Shown: positions 10,616 to 19,757 of the stretch, piece by piece | Position numbering within the stretch: the stretch's first letter is position 1 | Layout: the number at the start of each line of letters is the position of its first letter | Notes under the pieces: model-generated | What the model was told of the DNA's origin: nothing | Database searches by the model: none | What the model saw: the letters and a program-made list of their open reading frames with translations, nothing else | Program-made: the position numbers and the translations under genes | DNA from: a virus | Taxonomy: Duplodnaviria > Caudoviricetes | Strand: one strand, 5' to 3' | Virus record (IMG/VR): IMGVR_UViG_3300009095_000019 | Span: 1 to 51,026 of that record | DNA length: 51,026 nucleotides

Positions 10616-10644
10616 ACGACAGCCACGAAATTTGGAGAAATCAA

Positions 10645-11757
10645 ATGACTACCAACTTAGCCAAGCATCACGCCACCGATACAACCTACCTGCATTCATT
10701 GCGCCGCATCCGTAAAGAAGGTACGGTCCGCGAAGACCGTACGGGTGTCGGCACCATCTCTCTGTTCGGCAAGATACATGATGAATACGATTTGAGTGAA
10801 AGCTTTCCAATCATCACCACCAAGCGTATTCATTTCCATTCCGTAAAAGAAGAACTGCTTTGGATGCTTAGCGGCTCGACCAACGTCCGCTACCTGAAAG
10901 AGAAAAACGTACGGATTTGGGACGAATGGGTCAAACCCGAAACAGCAGAATACAAAGCTCTGACCTTGGCGGAACGTGCGCAACGTCTCCCTAATCAAGA
11001 GCGTCTTGTCTATGATTTCATGTCTGCCCGCCTTTTCAGCGACAATCAAAGCAGCTGCTACATCGAAAACGCGCAACTGCAATTCCTGAAAGATGTTAAT
11101 ATTCCAGAACGCATCCTGATCGCAGGCGAGCTTGGCCCCGTATATGGGTCACAATGGCGTTTCTGGAATGACGAACGTACCGTAACTCAAAGCGAGTTCG
11201 AAACCTTAGCCGGTCGTGGTTTTGAAGTAGTCGATAAGACTTACGGCGGAAAGCTTGTAGTATCCCGCAAGATCGATCAAATCAAGCGAATTGAACATCA
11301 GCTACGCAACGATCCTTTTAGCCGTCGTATTATCCTGAGCGGTTGGAACGTGGCAATGCTGGACGAAATGGCGCTGCCGCCTTGCCACACGCTGGCGCAG
11401 TGGTACGTAGAAGTAATCAACGGTATAAAGCATTTGAGCTGCAAACTGTTTATGCGCTCTAACGATTATTTCTTAGGTGGCCCGTTTAACATCGCACAGT
11501 ACGCGCTGCTGACTGAAATGCTCGGGTATGTTCACGGAATGGTCCCACATAAACTCATCCACTCCGTCGCCGACGCGCACATTTATTCGAATCACACCGA
11601 GCAAGTAGACCTTCAGCTAGAACGTGAACCGAAACACCAGAAAGGGATGCTTGCTATCATCGGCGATTTCAGTTCTATTCTTGATATTCGCTCGGAAAAC
11701 ATTAGTCTGCTGGACTACGACAGTCATCCGGCCATTGCCGCAAAGGTTGCTGTATGA
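10645..11757 (+). CDS. thyA: Thymidylate synthase
   Basis: DRTGVGT, ELLW, IWDEW, GPVYGSQWR, SRR, LPPCH, RSND..LG.PFN and HIYSNH motifs. Confidence 0.97.
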   Translation: MTTNLAKHHATDTTYLHSLRRIRKEGTVREDRTGVGTISLFGKIHDEYDLSESFPIITTKRIHFHSVKEELLWMLSGSTNVRYLKEKNVRIWDEWVKPETAEYKALTLAERAQRLPNQERLVYDFMSARLFSDNQSSCYIENAQLQFLKDVNIPERILIAGELGPVYGSQWRFWNDERTVTQSEFETLAGRGFEVVDKTYGGKLVVSRKIDQIKRIEHQLRNDPFSRRIILSGWNVAMLDEMALPPCHTLAQWYVEVINGIKHLSCKLFMRSNDYFLGGPFNIAQYALLTEMLGYVHGMVPHKLIHSVADAHIYSNHTEQVDLQLEREPKHQKGMLAIIGDFSSILDIRSENISLLDYDSHPAIAAKVAV

Positions 11758-12500
11758 AAATCAAAGATTTGGTAAAGAAAACTACACGTACCAACATTAA
11801 CAACCACTTCCCACGAAAAGAAGCTGACGTATTTCTGGCGGGCGAACGCGCCTACGAAATTCTCGTCAAGCATTTCCCGGAAGCAACTATCCGCGCCTAC
11901 GAGCTAGACACCAACGAATATTGCGTACTGTCTTACAGCGAGGTCCAGCGCAAGGAGTTGCCATTTGAAAAGGTCGGTGTGATTTTTGCGAGCGATCTGC
12001 ACAACGGCATCGGTAAAAACAATGCGTTGCCTTGGAACCTAAAAGGCGAGTTGAAGCATTTCTCCGATGTTACACGTACTCACGCGGTAATCATGGGTAG
12101 CAGGACCGCTGAATCCATAGCACTGCCCTTAATGCGGCGGGGCAATTACATAGTATCTAGTGGACCCGGATCAATTTGCTACTACAGAAATCAAAGCTAC
12201 GGTCCCGATGACCAGCGTTACGAATATCCGATTGTGCAAACCAACACAATTGAAGCGGCACTGGCTCACGCTGCGACGGAAGGCTTTGAAGAAGTTTGGT
12301 TCATCGGTGGTGTTGGCATATTCTCCATAGGAATTGATATCGCTGATGTTGTAATCCGATCAGAAGTGGCAGCAGTTCATGACTGCGATGTTTTCTTGGA
12401 AGCCAAATTCATTGAAAAGATGAATACCAACTTCGAAGAAACGGAAACGGAAATAAGAGAAGGTTACACGATCAGAACGCTCAAACGCAAGCATTGGTAA
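11754..12500 (+). CDS. folA: Dihydrofolate reductase with an N-terminal extension
   Basis: GIGKNNALPW, ELKHF, VIMGSRT, FIGG and CDVF motifs; ATGA-coupled to thyA. Confidence 0.9.
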   Translation: MKIKDLVKKTTRTNINNHFPRKEADVFLAGERAYEILVKHFPEATIRAYELDTNEYCVLSYSEVQRKELPFEKVGVIFASDLHNGIGKNNALPWNLKGELKHFSDVTRTHAVIMGSRTAESIALPLMRRGNYIVSSGPGSICYYRNQSYGPDDQRYEYPIVQTNTIEAALAHAATEGFEEVWFIGGVGIFSIGIDIADVVIRSEVAAVHDCDVFLEAKFIEKMNTNFEETETEIREGYTIRTLKRKHW

Positions 12501-12501
12501 C

Positions 12502-12540
12502 AAAAAAGCCCCGTTCCGTAAAAGGTTCGGGGCTTTTTTT
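12502..12540. terminator. Bidirectional intrinsic terminator
   Basis: AAAAAAGCCCCG...CGGGGCTTTTTTT lies between convergent genes. Confidence 0.85.
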
Positions 12541-13321
12541 ATTTCACGCTCTTCGGATCGAGGATAGTCTGGCCGATTGCTGATACGTACGAAGGATCGC
12601 CGTAACCACTAACGTAACCGTCACGACCGTGGCGACCACCTGCGTGTTCAAGCAAGGAAAGTTCAAAACCGGTAATACCTTCGCAAATACGATATACCAG
12701 TTTGCCGTTCGGCAAAATGTAAGTTGGCCGTCCGGGTTTGGTGTGGGCACAAGGCTTGCCGAAATTCCCGCCTGCACGCTTGCTACAAACAGAGCAAACA
12801 AAACTTTCGTAATACATGCCCATGCTGTATGTGTTAAGCTCGCCGGAAAGGACACGGGCGATTCGCGCCGGATCGCGCGTACGGTCAAGCGCAGCCAGCA
12901 TTACAACTTTGTGCGTGTTTTTAAAGCGACGCACGGGGCGCACGTACGTGGAGAGAATAAGACCGCGAATCCACTCAGGCTTGTGCTGGTGCTCAACATA
13001 CATGGGACGCCCTTCCCATGTCTTGTAAGTCTGTCGGCCCTGTTCGTGATTCCACGCCAATAGTTCGCGCAGAGAAGCCGAGTCTCCGTTGGTGTTCGGC
13101 ACGTCTGTAATAAGCGCCGGAACCGGAACCATTACATAGTCGTTAATGTCTTTCGACAGGCCGTAAAATTCAGCTGCGCGGGGCAACCAGATGTTTGCTT
13201 CCAGTAGTTGGGTTTCCCCATCCACTTTAAGATTGACAGAGCCGTCGCTATTTTTTACGACACCGTGCATCTCTGTAGGAGCGTAACCTACAGAAAAAGC
13301 AGTTGCTATATTCTTTTGCAT
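12539..13321 (-). CDS. Putative prohead maturation protease with a Zn-binding insert
   Basis: PNTNGD, P.YVEH (candidate catalytic His), G.....SMG (candidate catalytic Ser) and CSVC...CAH. This layout is typical of large-phage head proteases. Confidence 0.6.
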   Translation of the reverse strand: MQKNIATAFSVGYAPTEMHGVVKNSDGSVNLKVDGETQLLEANIWLPRAAEFYGLSKDINDYVMVPVPALITDVPNTNGDSASLRELLAWNHEQGRQTYKTWEGRPMYVEHQHKPEWIRGLILSTYVRPVRRFKNTHKVVMLAALDRTRDPARIARVLSGELNTYSMGMYYESFVCSVCSKRAGGNFGKPCAHTKPGRPTYILPNGKLVYRICEGITGFELSLLEHAGGRHGRDGYVSGYGDPSYVSAIGQTILDPKSVK

Positions 13322-13657
13322 TTACTTGGTCCTTTTCCGCCCAATGTAATTGTCACGCACCCACTGACGCGCCTCTACGATACCCATGGGCTTAGGATTT
13401 ACCAGCGAAAGCCGCCCTTCCTCGTCGGAAGCCACATACGGCTTTTCTTCGTGTTCTTCGTGTTCATGTTGGAACGGGTCAAATTGCTTGTGGTGCATTT
13501 TGACTCGCCACATTTTAACAGCCTGCCCGCGCTCGGAACTAATGTCGTCAGCTCCGCTCACTGTGGCGATACGCTTACCGTCGTCACACACGTAAACGAC
13601 TGAGCGTTTCTCCATAGGAAGATGACGCTCTGAGGGATCACATAAAAAGTTAAGCAT
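13322..13657 (-). CDS. Hypothetical protein (probably head-associated)
   Basis: Probable start MLNFLC at 13657 with an AGAGG RBS (track start 13738); abuts the protease gene. Confidence 0.65.
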   Translation of the reverse strand: MLNFLCDPSERHLPMEKRSVVYVCDDGKRIATVSGADDISSERGQAVKMWRVKMHHKQFDPFQHEHEEHEEKPYVASDEEGRLSLVNPKPMGIVEARQWVRDNYIGRKRTK

Positions 13658-13712
13658 TTGCCGACCTCTAACCCAAAAGCACGCTGCCTGCGTAGCGCGC
13701 TGCGCTACTTTA

Positions 13713-13719
13713 AAATTAC
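13713..13719 (-). promoter_or_regulatory. Candidate late promoter motif GTAATTT
   Basis: About 55 nt upstream of start 13657, followed by a small hairpin (GTAGCGC/GCGCTAC, 13692-13708). Confidence 0.4.
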
Positions 13720-13734
13720 TGTCGCATAGCGTAT

Positions 13735-15225
13735 TCAACTACACTCGCTAGCGATAGCGTAACAACGGTTATCGTCGCTGCCGAGCGTAATCAAATATTT
13801 AGTTTCAGGGTTGTGGAAATGCCAACCATCGTCTTTAAGATACGCGTCGAACCCCATGCGCTCTAGAGATTCGGAAATTGGCGCCAGACAGCAGGAATCA
13901 AAGACGAATCGGTTCTGCGCAGGGCTCTCGAAGGAGAAACCCAACTGCCGAAACAAGTTGTCGAATACACTGTCACCTGCGCTGGCCGTGGCAGTGTAAG
14001 AGTCGCCGAAAATATGACCTTGCATTTCTGCAAAATCGTCTACATCATGATGCTTAAACACATCGGCGATTTGTTCAATAACAATATCCAGTAGTTCTCC
14101 GTGTTTCGACAGAAAACTGGAGGACGCAACCGCAGTGAATTCACCCTCTATGATTTCGCCTTGCTCGATATCACGTTTTTTACGCTCAGGTGCAGGCAAA
14201 GCTTTGGTTTTTGAGTGTTCAATCTGCTGCTGTTGAAACTCGGCTTCCTTCTTCAGCCGTTCTCTATTTGCTTTATCCCTAGCACGCTTAGCTTCTTTTG
14301 CTACCGCCTCTCGTTTCTCGGCAAGCTCGCGTTCTTCCTTTTCAATTTCCTTGCGACGTTTTTTCGCAGTATCACGACGCTGGTTGTGCCCGCCGTTATG
14401 CTGCCAAACGGAGTACAGTGCATAGCCTGCAACAGCAGCTAACGGAGCTGCGCCGCTAGCCATCAAAACCATCCCAGTTGCCAAAAGAGCGTATGAAGAG
14501 ATAGAAGTTAAAACGCGTTTTGCGGCCTTCTCGTCAGCAGTGTCGTCTTCTTCGTCAGCGCTGTATTGATCTGGCTCGCCCTCTAGCATGCGCTGTATCT
14601 TGCCCATACCACGGTCAAACAGTACAGGTTGTTTTTCAGCTTGGTTGGCAACACCTTCAATAATGTCAGTCTTGTTTTCAAGCATGCGTTGTGCAGCTTG
14701 CGCAAGATGCTTGTTTTCAAGCTTATGTACAACGGCCAGACTATTTTTATTTACCACTCCGGCACTATCGTTGTTGATTTCTTCGATCTGCTTTTCGATG
14801 ATGCTATCGTGATCCGGCGGTCCGGGTTGCACAGTTAGCGAACGGGCAAACGGAACCTTTTTGCTAGGAGACAGTGCTTCCGAGTGCTTTGGCTCTGCTG
14901 CCTTTTCCTTCACAGGGGCGCCTTCAGACTTGGTAGACGGTTTCGATTTTCCAGAACCCGCTTTGCGCTTTTTAGGCTTTTCCTGCACAGTGGAGGGTGG
15001 TGGCGCCTGCTCGACCTGTGCGGATTGTGGCGATTCCTGCTCGACCTGTTGCTGCTTTTCTTGAGGTCCACGCTTTCCGCGCTTGTTCAAAAGCAGCCTC
15101 CCGTGAGTAGAGTTTGGATATTCTCGCAAATAGGCGTGCCGCTCAGCCTTGCTAAGTTTGCGGAATTCTTCGAACGTAAGTTTCTTTTGTTTCATGCCGC
15201 CATCGGCAGCGATTGCAACGAGCAT
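13735..15225 (-). CDS. Putative internal head/ejection protein with a hydrophobic hairpin and charged coiled coil
   Basis: Basic N-terminus, hydrophobic segment YALLATGMVLMASGAAPLAAVAGYALYSVW, and several AxA(S/A) motifs. Confidence 0.5.
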   Translation of the reverse strand: MLVAIAADGGMKQKKLTFEEFRKLSKAERHAYLREYPNSTHGRLLLNKRGKRGPQEKQQQVEQESPQSAQVEQAPPPSTVQEKPKKRKAGSGKSKPSTKSEGAPVKEKAAEPKHSEALSPSKKVPFARSLTVQPGPPDHDSIIEKQIEEINNDSAGVVNKNSLAVVHKLENKHLAQAAQRMLENKTDIIEGVANQAEKQPVLFDRGMGKIQRMLEGEPDQYSADEEDDTADEKAAKRVLTSISSYALLATGMVLMASGAAPLAAVAGYALYSVWQHNGGHNQRRDTAKKRRKEIEKEERELAEKREAVAKEAKRARDKANRERLKKEAEFQQQQIEHSKTKALPAPERKKRDIEQGEIIEGEFTAVASSSFLSKHGELLDIVIEQIADVFKHHDVDDFAEMQGHIFGDSYTATASAGDSVFDNLFRQLGFSFESPAQNRFVFDSCCLAPISESLERMGFDAYLKDDGWHFHNPETKYLITLGSDDNRCYAIASECS

Positions 15226-15226
15226 A

Positions 15227-16279
15227 TCAAGTCCTCATCGCTATAATGTCGTCAAGAATATCGGCAGGCACTCCGTCCTTAAACCGGGTCAGAAGCTCAG
15301 TCGCTAACGCGTTCGCACGTGTAAAGTTGCCCGCTCTGTAGTAACAAACCATAAGCATGTGCTCACACCAATGGCCGTAGTAAGAGTCACTAAAAACGAA
15401 ATCAAGGGCCGGCTTGTCTATGGTAAGGGCGTCGAGCAAAACACCGGCGGCCTGTTCGTATTTTTCGCTGGAGGCATAAAGCTTGGCGAGTGCAACGTAA
15501 GGCTCGCGCAAAACTGGACATTCCGATATAGCACGCATGTACATACGCTTGGCGTGCATCCGATTACCTTGAATTTCTGCAATATGACCTAGAGCGATAA
15601 AAGTTTCGCAACGGAAAGGTTCGTACTGCTCAAGCTTCAAATGGGCTTCATACGCCGTGAACGCTTTAGCGTAGTCTCCCATGTAGAAGTATTCGCGCGC
15701 TAGGTACTGATGAGCACGAGCATCATCGGGCCGCTCAAGCACGTCCAAAAGCAACAGCTTCAAGTAGTGGCCCGGTTCCTTTTGCTTTTCTGGCAAGTGA
15801 ACACAAAAAATCGGAATGTTAGCCGCCACTCCCGGCCCGGTCAGGACTTCGTGCACTGCATGTTCCCAGCGGAAACCCCCGGCCCGCTCGTGGATAGCTC
15901 GCCGTGGGTACGAGACGTTAATAGTGCCGTCATCGGAGTGATCAAAAACCAGAGTGTAGTTTGCAGAGCCTCCTTTGAATTGTTCCTCAATTTTAGCACG
16001 CCACCCTTCCTCAAGGATTTCGTCAAAGTCGAAAGAAACGCAAACGTCGTAGTCAGCAGGGACGTGATAGAGGCTTTCGTTGCGTGCTTGATCAAATCGA
16101 AAAGTTCGACCTAGGTTGTAGTTGTTGACCGTGACGCCACGTTCTTGCAGCATAGTAACAGTTTTGTCGGTACTACCTGTGTCGAGGACGAAAACACCGT
16201 CAGCTTCTTTGGCGCAGTTAAACCAGCGGTCTACGTTGTGTTCTTCGTTTTTAGCGATGGCGTATACGGCAACTTTCAT
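15227..16279 (-). CDS. Glycosyltransferase family 2 with C-terminal TPR repeats
   Basis: IAKNEE, LDTGSTD.T, ARN, DFDE (DxD) and VHE motifs, followed by TPR-like helices (YLAREY..G.Y..A). Confidence 0.9.
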   Translation of the reverse strand: MKVAVYAIAKNEEHNVDRWFNCAKEADGVFVLDTGSTDKTVTMLQERGVTVNNYNLGRTFRFDQARNESLYHVPADYDVCVSFDFDEILEEGWRAKIEEQFKGGSANYTLVFDHSDDGTINVSYPRRAIHERAGGFRWEHAVHEVLTGPGVAANIPIFCVHLPEKQKEPGHYLKLLLLDVLERPDDARAHQYLAREYFYMGDYAKAFTAYEAHLKLEQYEPFRCETFIALGHIAEIQGNRMHAKRMYMRAISECPVLREPYVALAKLYASSEKYEQAAGVLLDALTIDKPALDFVFSDSYYGHWCEHMLMVCYYRAGNFTRANALATELLTRFKDGVPADILDDIIAMRT

Positions 16280-16281
16280 GC

Positions 16282-16572
16282 TTATACCTTAATCTTTTCG
16301 GCTAGGAATTCAAACGCTTGCCGTGCCACGGATAGGCAGCCGGCGTTACTTTCATCCAGACTGTAGAAGTGTTGCTTTGTCAACTCGCTAAAAGCGTCGA
16401 TGGCTTGGATGCGGACCATGGTCCAACCACCCTCTTGTTTCTCGACTTCAAACACAGCAACAGATTTCCCGTAAACTGCGATGGAATACGATTCACGGCC
16501 GCTGTGCGATGCAACCTGAATAAGAGGGAAGCCGTGTTCAGAAGCTAAGGTTTGGATATCAAGGATCATCAT
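16282..16572 (-). CDS. Hypothetical protein (96 aa)
   Basis: Tightly coupled between the ligase and glycosyltransferase genes. Confidence 0.7.
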   Translation of the reverse strand: MMILDIQTLASEHGFPLIQVASHSGRESYSIAVYGKSVAVFEVEKQEGGWTMVRIQAIDAFSELTKQHFYSLDESNAGCLSVARQAFEFLAEKIKV

Positions 16573-18500
16573 TTAATTCCGTATTTCTTGCGGAACTGAG
16601 CGAGGGTGACAACGGGTTTGCCAAGCTGCTCTGCTTCTGCGGTTTTGTTGTTGCTTGCGTTTTCGTCTTTTACAACGAGCATGGTTGCAGATTTCACCGT
16701 CGAGGCAATTTTTCCGCCTTGCGTGACAATCCATTCCTGTAGCTGGTTATCGCGCACCGAAGTGAACAGCACGGCCTGCCCAGCCATGCGGTTGCCCGTA
16801 ATGGCAGTCTTCTTCTCGCCTACCAGTTCAATCCCGTTACGCCGGCAAAAGCGGTGGAATTTCACTAGGTTTGTTGCAATCGCGTCTGCCAGTTTCTTGA
16901 ATCCACGAACCTGCGAGACTTTTTCGTACAATTCAGCGCGCGGCAGTTTTACCATAGACATAATGTCCGGGTAGGATTCAACCAGCTGCTGTAGCCGCTT
17001 CTCACCAATGCCGTCACCAAACACGCCGCTTCCGACTGCGACTTTAACGAACGACATTTCAGCTTTTGCTTTCTTAATAGCGCCTAGCAGCTGTTTAGCA
17101 CTGCGATCTGCGAAGCCCGGCAAGCCTAGAGCCTCGTTATAAGTCAGATTCAGGATCGACTTAACGGTCGTGTGCCCGTTAGCTATCAGAGCTTTAACTG
17201 TCCCCTCTTTAATTCCGTCAACGCCCATAGAAGCGAAGAAGTGGACAAGCTCTTTCATGCGCTTTGTGTCGGATTTTTCTTCGTGCACGGCATACGCGTA
17301 AACACCTTTCAGCACGTAATCGTGTTCGGGCATTTTCGCTTTCTTAGCAGGCTTTACTACTTCCATGATGTACGGGATTACGTCACCAGAGCGCACAGCG
17401 CGAATAACGGCTCCCGGACCCAACGGACGCGGAGAATATGGAGGATTCTTTGCTTGATCCTTGCCGAAACCGTTCATGATATAGAACGCATTGTGGCCAG
17501 TGAAATACTCGACCTTCACGCCACCTATAACAGTGGGTTCGATCATGACGCGCGGAACCATTTTACCCAAACGGCTCTCTTCCCAAACAACGTCAAGCAC
17601 CTTCACCAGCACGGAACTTTCACGACTGTTTATCTTGAATGCGTACGCGTGTTTAGGGCGCGCTTCAGACACGCTGTAATTCGTGTCATGTGTGACGACA
17701 ATACCGTCAACGTCTCGGGTTGCGTACTTGCGCCGGTCGTTGTGGATTTGAGTAAGTTTTTCCTGATCCAGTTTTTTGTAAACCGTATACGGAACAACGT
17801 CAAAGCCGTACTTTTCAAGGAAGCGCAGCTGCTGCGACAAAGGCCCGCCAGCAACACTTCCACCTTTGGTTACTTCGTAGAAAATAACAGCGTATTTCCC
17901 AATGGCCTTGTCGGCCGTGTTGCGGTTCAGCAAGCCCCCGCCAAGGTTTCGCGAAGTTGCGAAATCCTTAGCGAAGTGTTTCTGGAATACTTCCTTCTCA
18001 GCAGTGAATTCACCGCGAACAACAAGCTCGCTTCGCAGAGCGATACGCTTGGGAATGCGTAGCACTGGGATTACGTGCGAAACATCCTGCCCGGTCGTAA
18101 AGTCACCACGGGTAAATGCCTTAACAGGCGTCCCGTTCTGGTAAACCACTTCCAAACTAATACCGTCTTCTTTGTCAGAAACGACAAAACCACCACGACG
18201 CGCTAGAAACGCGTTCCGGGTGGATTCAGGCAAAGTCATAAACTTCGCTAGACTTGACATTGGTACAGGCAGAGGAACGTTGTCTCGCGAACGCACGCCG
18301 ACTTTCTTACTGACTTTTCCGTTGTGGTAGTAGTCATACAGAATGTCATAGCTTTCATCGGGGATGGCCGGCTCGTTTTTCACGTAATACCGGTTATCCA
18401 GCTCCTTCAGAATCTCGCCCAGCTGCTTGCGCGTAACAGACTGCGCAAATTCAGACGGGTTGACGCGCATTGCTCGTTTTTGTTCGGCGGTGAATTTCAT
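16569..18500 (-). CDS. ligA: NAD-dependent DNA ligase
   Basis: Domain Ia (YY...P.I.D..YD), KEDG adenylation motif, TRGD, VRGE, RN, DGIVV, AFK, SGDVIP, HhH repeats and a C-terminal BRCT. Confidence 0.95.
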   Translation of the reverse strand: MKFTAEQKRAMRVNPSEFAQSVTRKQLGEILKELDNRYYVKNEPAIPDESYDILYDYYHNGKVSKKVGVRSRDNVPLPVPMSSLAKFMTLPESTRNAFLARRGGFVVSDKEDGISLEVVYQNGTPVKAFTRGDFTTGQDVSHVIPVLRIPKRIALRSELVVRGEFTAEKEVFQKHFAKDFATSRNLGGGLLNRNTADKAIGKYAVIFYEVTKGGSVAGGPLSQQLRFLEKYGFDVVPYTVYKKLDQEKLTQIHNDRRKYATRDVDGIVVTHDTNYSVSEARPKHAYAFKINSRESSVLVKVLDVVWEESRLGKMVPRVMIEPTVIGGVKVEYFTGHNAFYIMNGFGKDQAKNPPYSPRPLGPGAVIRAVRSGDVIPYIMEVVKPAKKAKMPEHDYVLKGVYAYAVHEEKSDTKRMKELVHFFASMGVDGIKEGTVKALIANGHTTVKSILNLTYNEALGLPGFADRSAKQLLGAIKKAKAEMSFVKVAVGSGVFGDGIGEKRLQQLVESYPDIMSMVKLPRAELYEKVSQVRGFKKLADAIATNLVKFHRFCRRNGIELVGEKKTAITGNRMAGQAVLFTSVRDNQLQEWIVTQGGKIASTVKSATMLVVKDENASNNKTAEAEQLGKPVVTLAQFRKKYGIK

Positions 18501-18503
18501 CTA

Positions 18504-19757
18504 TTAAGCTTCCGAGTCAGACGCCTCTTGAAATACCGTTTCCAGCTCAGCTTCGTCGAGCTTTCCGACAACCTCAACCGACTTCAGGGTGCGTAGGTCT
18601 TCGCCGGCCGGTACTTTGTAGGTGCGTATTTCCTGTTTATCTCGCGAGAACAAGGTCAGGGTGTCTTTCAAGCCGTCTTGCTCTGAATGTAGAACAACCC
18701 AAACACGGCCACCTCTATCCTTCAACTGAAGACCGGGTTCAGCATAAATTGCCTCTTCGTCTTCAACCGGGTGCCCATCATCATCGTAGTCAACGTCATC
18801 TGCGTGGTCGTCTTCTACGTGCTGTTCTTCATCGTCCTCGTCTTCCTCCGGTTCGAATTCGAACTCGGTGTCCTCACCTGTTTTATTTACAGTATTCGGG
18901 TCCGACTCTTGCTCGAATTCAAAGTCTTCATCTTCGTCATCGTCAAAATCAATATCGGCGTCAATGTCTTTGTATTCAAAGTCGGAGACGAGTGGCCCGT
19001 GCATGGGGACAGGTTTGCCGTGTTTAACGTCCGCAATATGATCGCGGGCTTTTCGCGCCGTGGGCCTGTTGATGCGTATGGAAGCTCCACGTGGCAGGGT
19101 TGGAAGTAAGTCACTAAATTCAACCACGCCTTGCATCTGACGTGCACGCGGCATCACGTGCGCTTTCTCCACTATTTCCGTGTAAAGGTCGTGGGAAACC
19201 TGAATACGCTCTCCGCTCGGCAAAATAACATAACCGCCAAGCGAAGGCCGGGTGTAGCGTACCCCGATCTTATCGCCTTTCTGCAATGTCGGCCGCGATT
19301 TACGATAGTCTTTAGTTTCGACTTTAATCGCGTGTTCGACTTCGCGCCATTGGTAGTTGGATCGGTCGTAGCTAGAAAGCTCTCGCGGTGTTTTTTCCGG
19401 TTTGAAATACTTGGCGGTAAGGCGGTCGCTCTGCTCAAGCCGGCTGCTTGTTACGCGTTGGTGGCGCTTACCTTCCTTAGCTGGCGGTTCCGGGGTTCCC
19501 TTATACGGTTTCAGCTTTTTGAAAAACGCGTTGATCTTGGCTTGGGGGACAGAACGAAAAACGAGCTGCGGATACTTGGCCAGCACCACTTGGTAAGCAC
19601 CAGCGGTCGGGCCTCGCGTAGCTTTACGCAGCCCGATAAGATCATCCACATTTACACGCATTTTCTTATCCGGCATGACGAGTTCGTGATCATCCGTAAA
19701 AGAAAACCACTCAAACTGCTTAAAGTCTGCCGGTGCAGCAGCTAAGGCCAGATTCAT
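18504..19757 (-). CDS. Hypothetical protein with a basic N-half and a long acidic tract; possible head protein
   Basis: 417-aa ORF with a long D/E-rich tract, an N-terminal ALAA motif and an ATGA overlap with the upstream gene. Confidence 0.65.
   Translation of the reverse strand: MNLALAAAPADFKQFEWFSFTDDHELVMPDKKMRVNVDDLIGLRKATRGPTAGAYQVVLAKYPQLVFRSVPQAKINAFFKKLKPYKGTPEPPAKEGKRHQRVTSSRLEQSDRLTAKYFKPEKTPRELSSYDRSNYQWREVEHAIKVETKDYRKSRPTLQKGDKIGVRYTRPSLGGYVILPSGERIQVSHDLYTEIVEKAHVMPRARQMQGVVEFSDLLPTLPRGASIRINRPTARKARDHIADVKHGKPVPMHGPLVSDFEYKDIDADIDFDDDEDEDFEFEQESDPNTVNKTGEDTEFEFEPEEDEDDEEQHVEDDHADDVDYDDDGHPVEDEEAIYAEPGLQLKDRGGRVWVVLHSEQDGLKDTLTLFSRDKQEIRTYKVPAGEDLRTLKSVEVVGKLDEAELETVFQEASDSEA

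Noticed and set aside
10930-11125. ThyA insertion as a possible intein or intron
   Set aside because: It is in frame and short, with no C/S...HN splice termini and no break in the reading frame.
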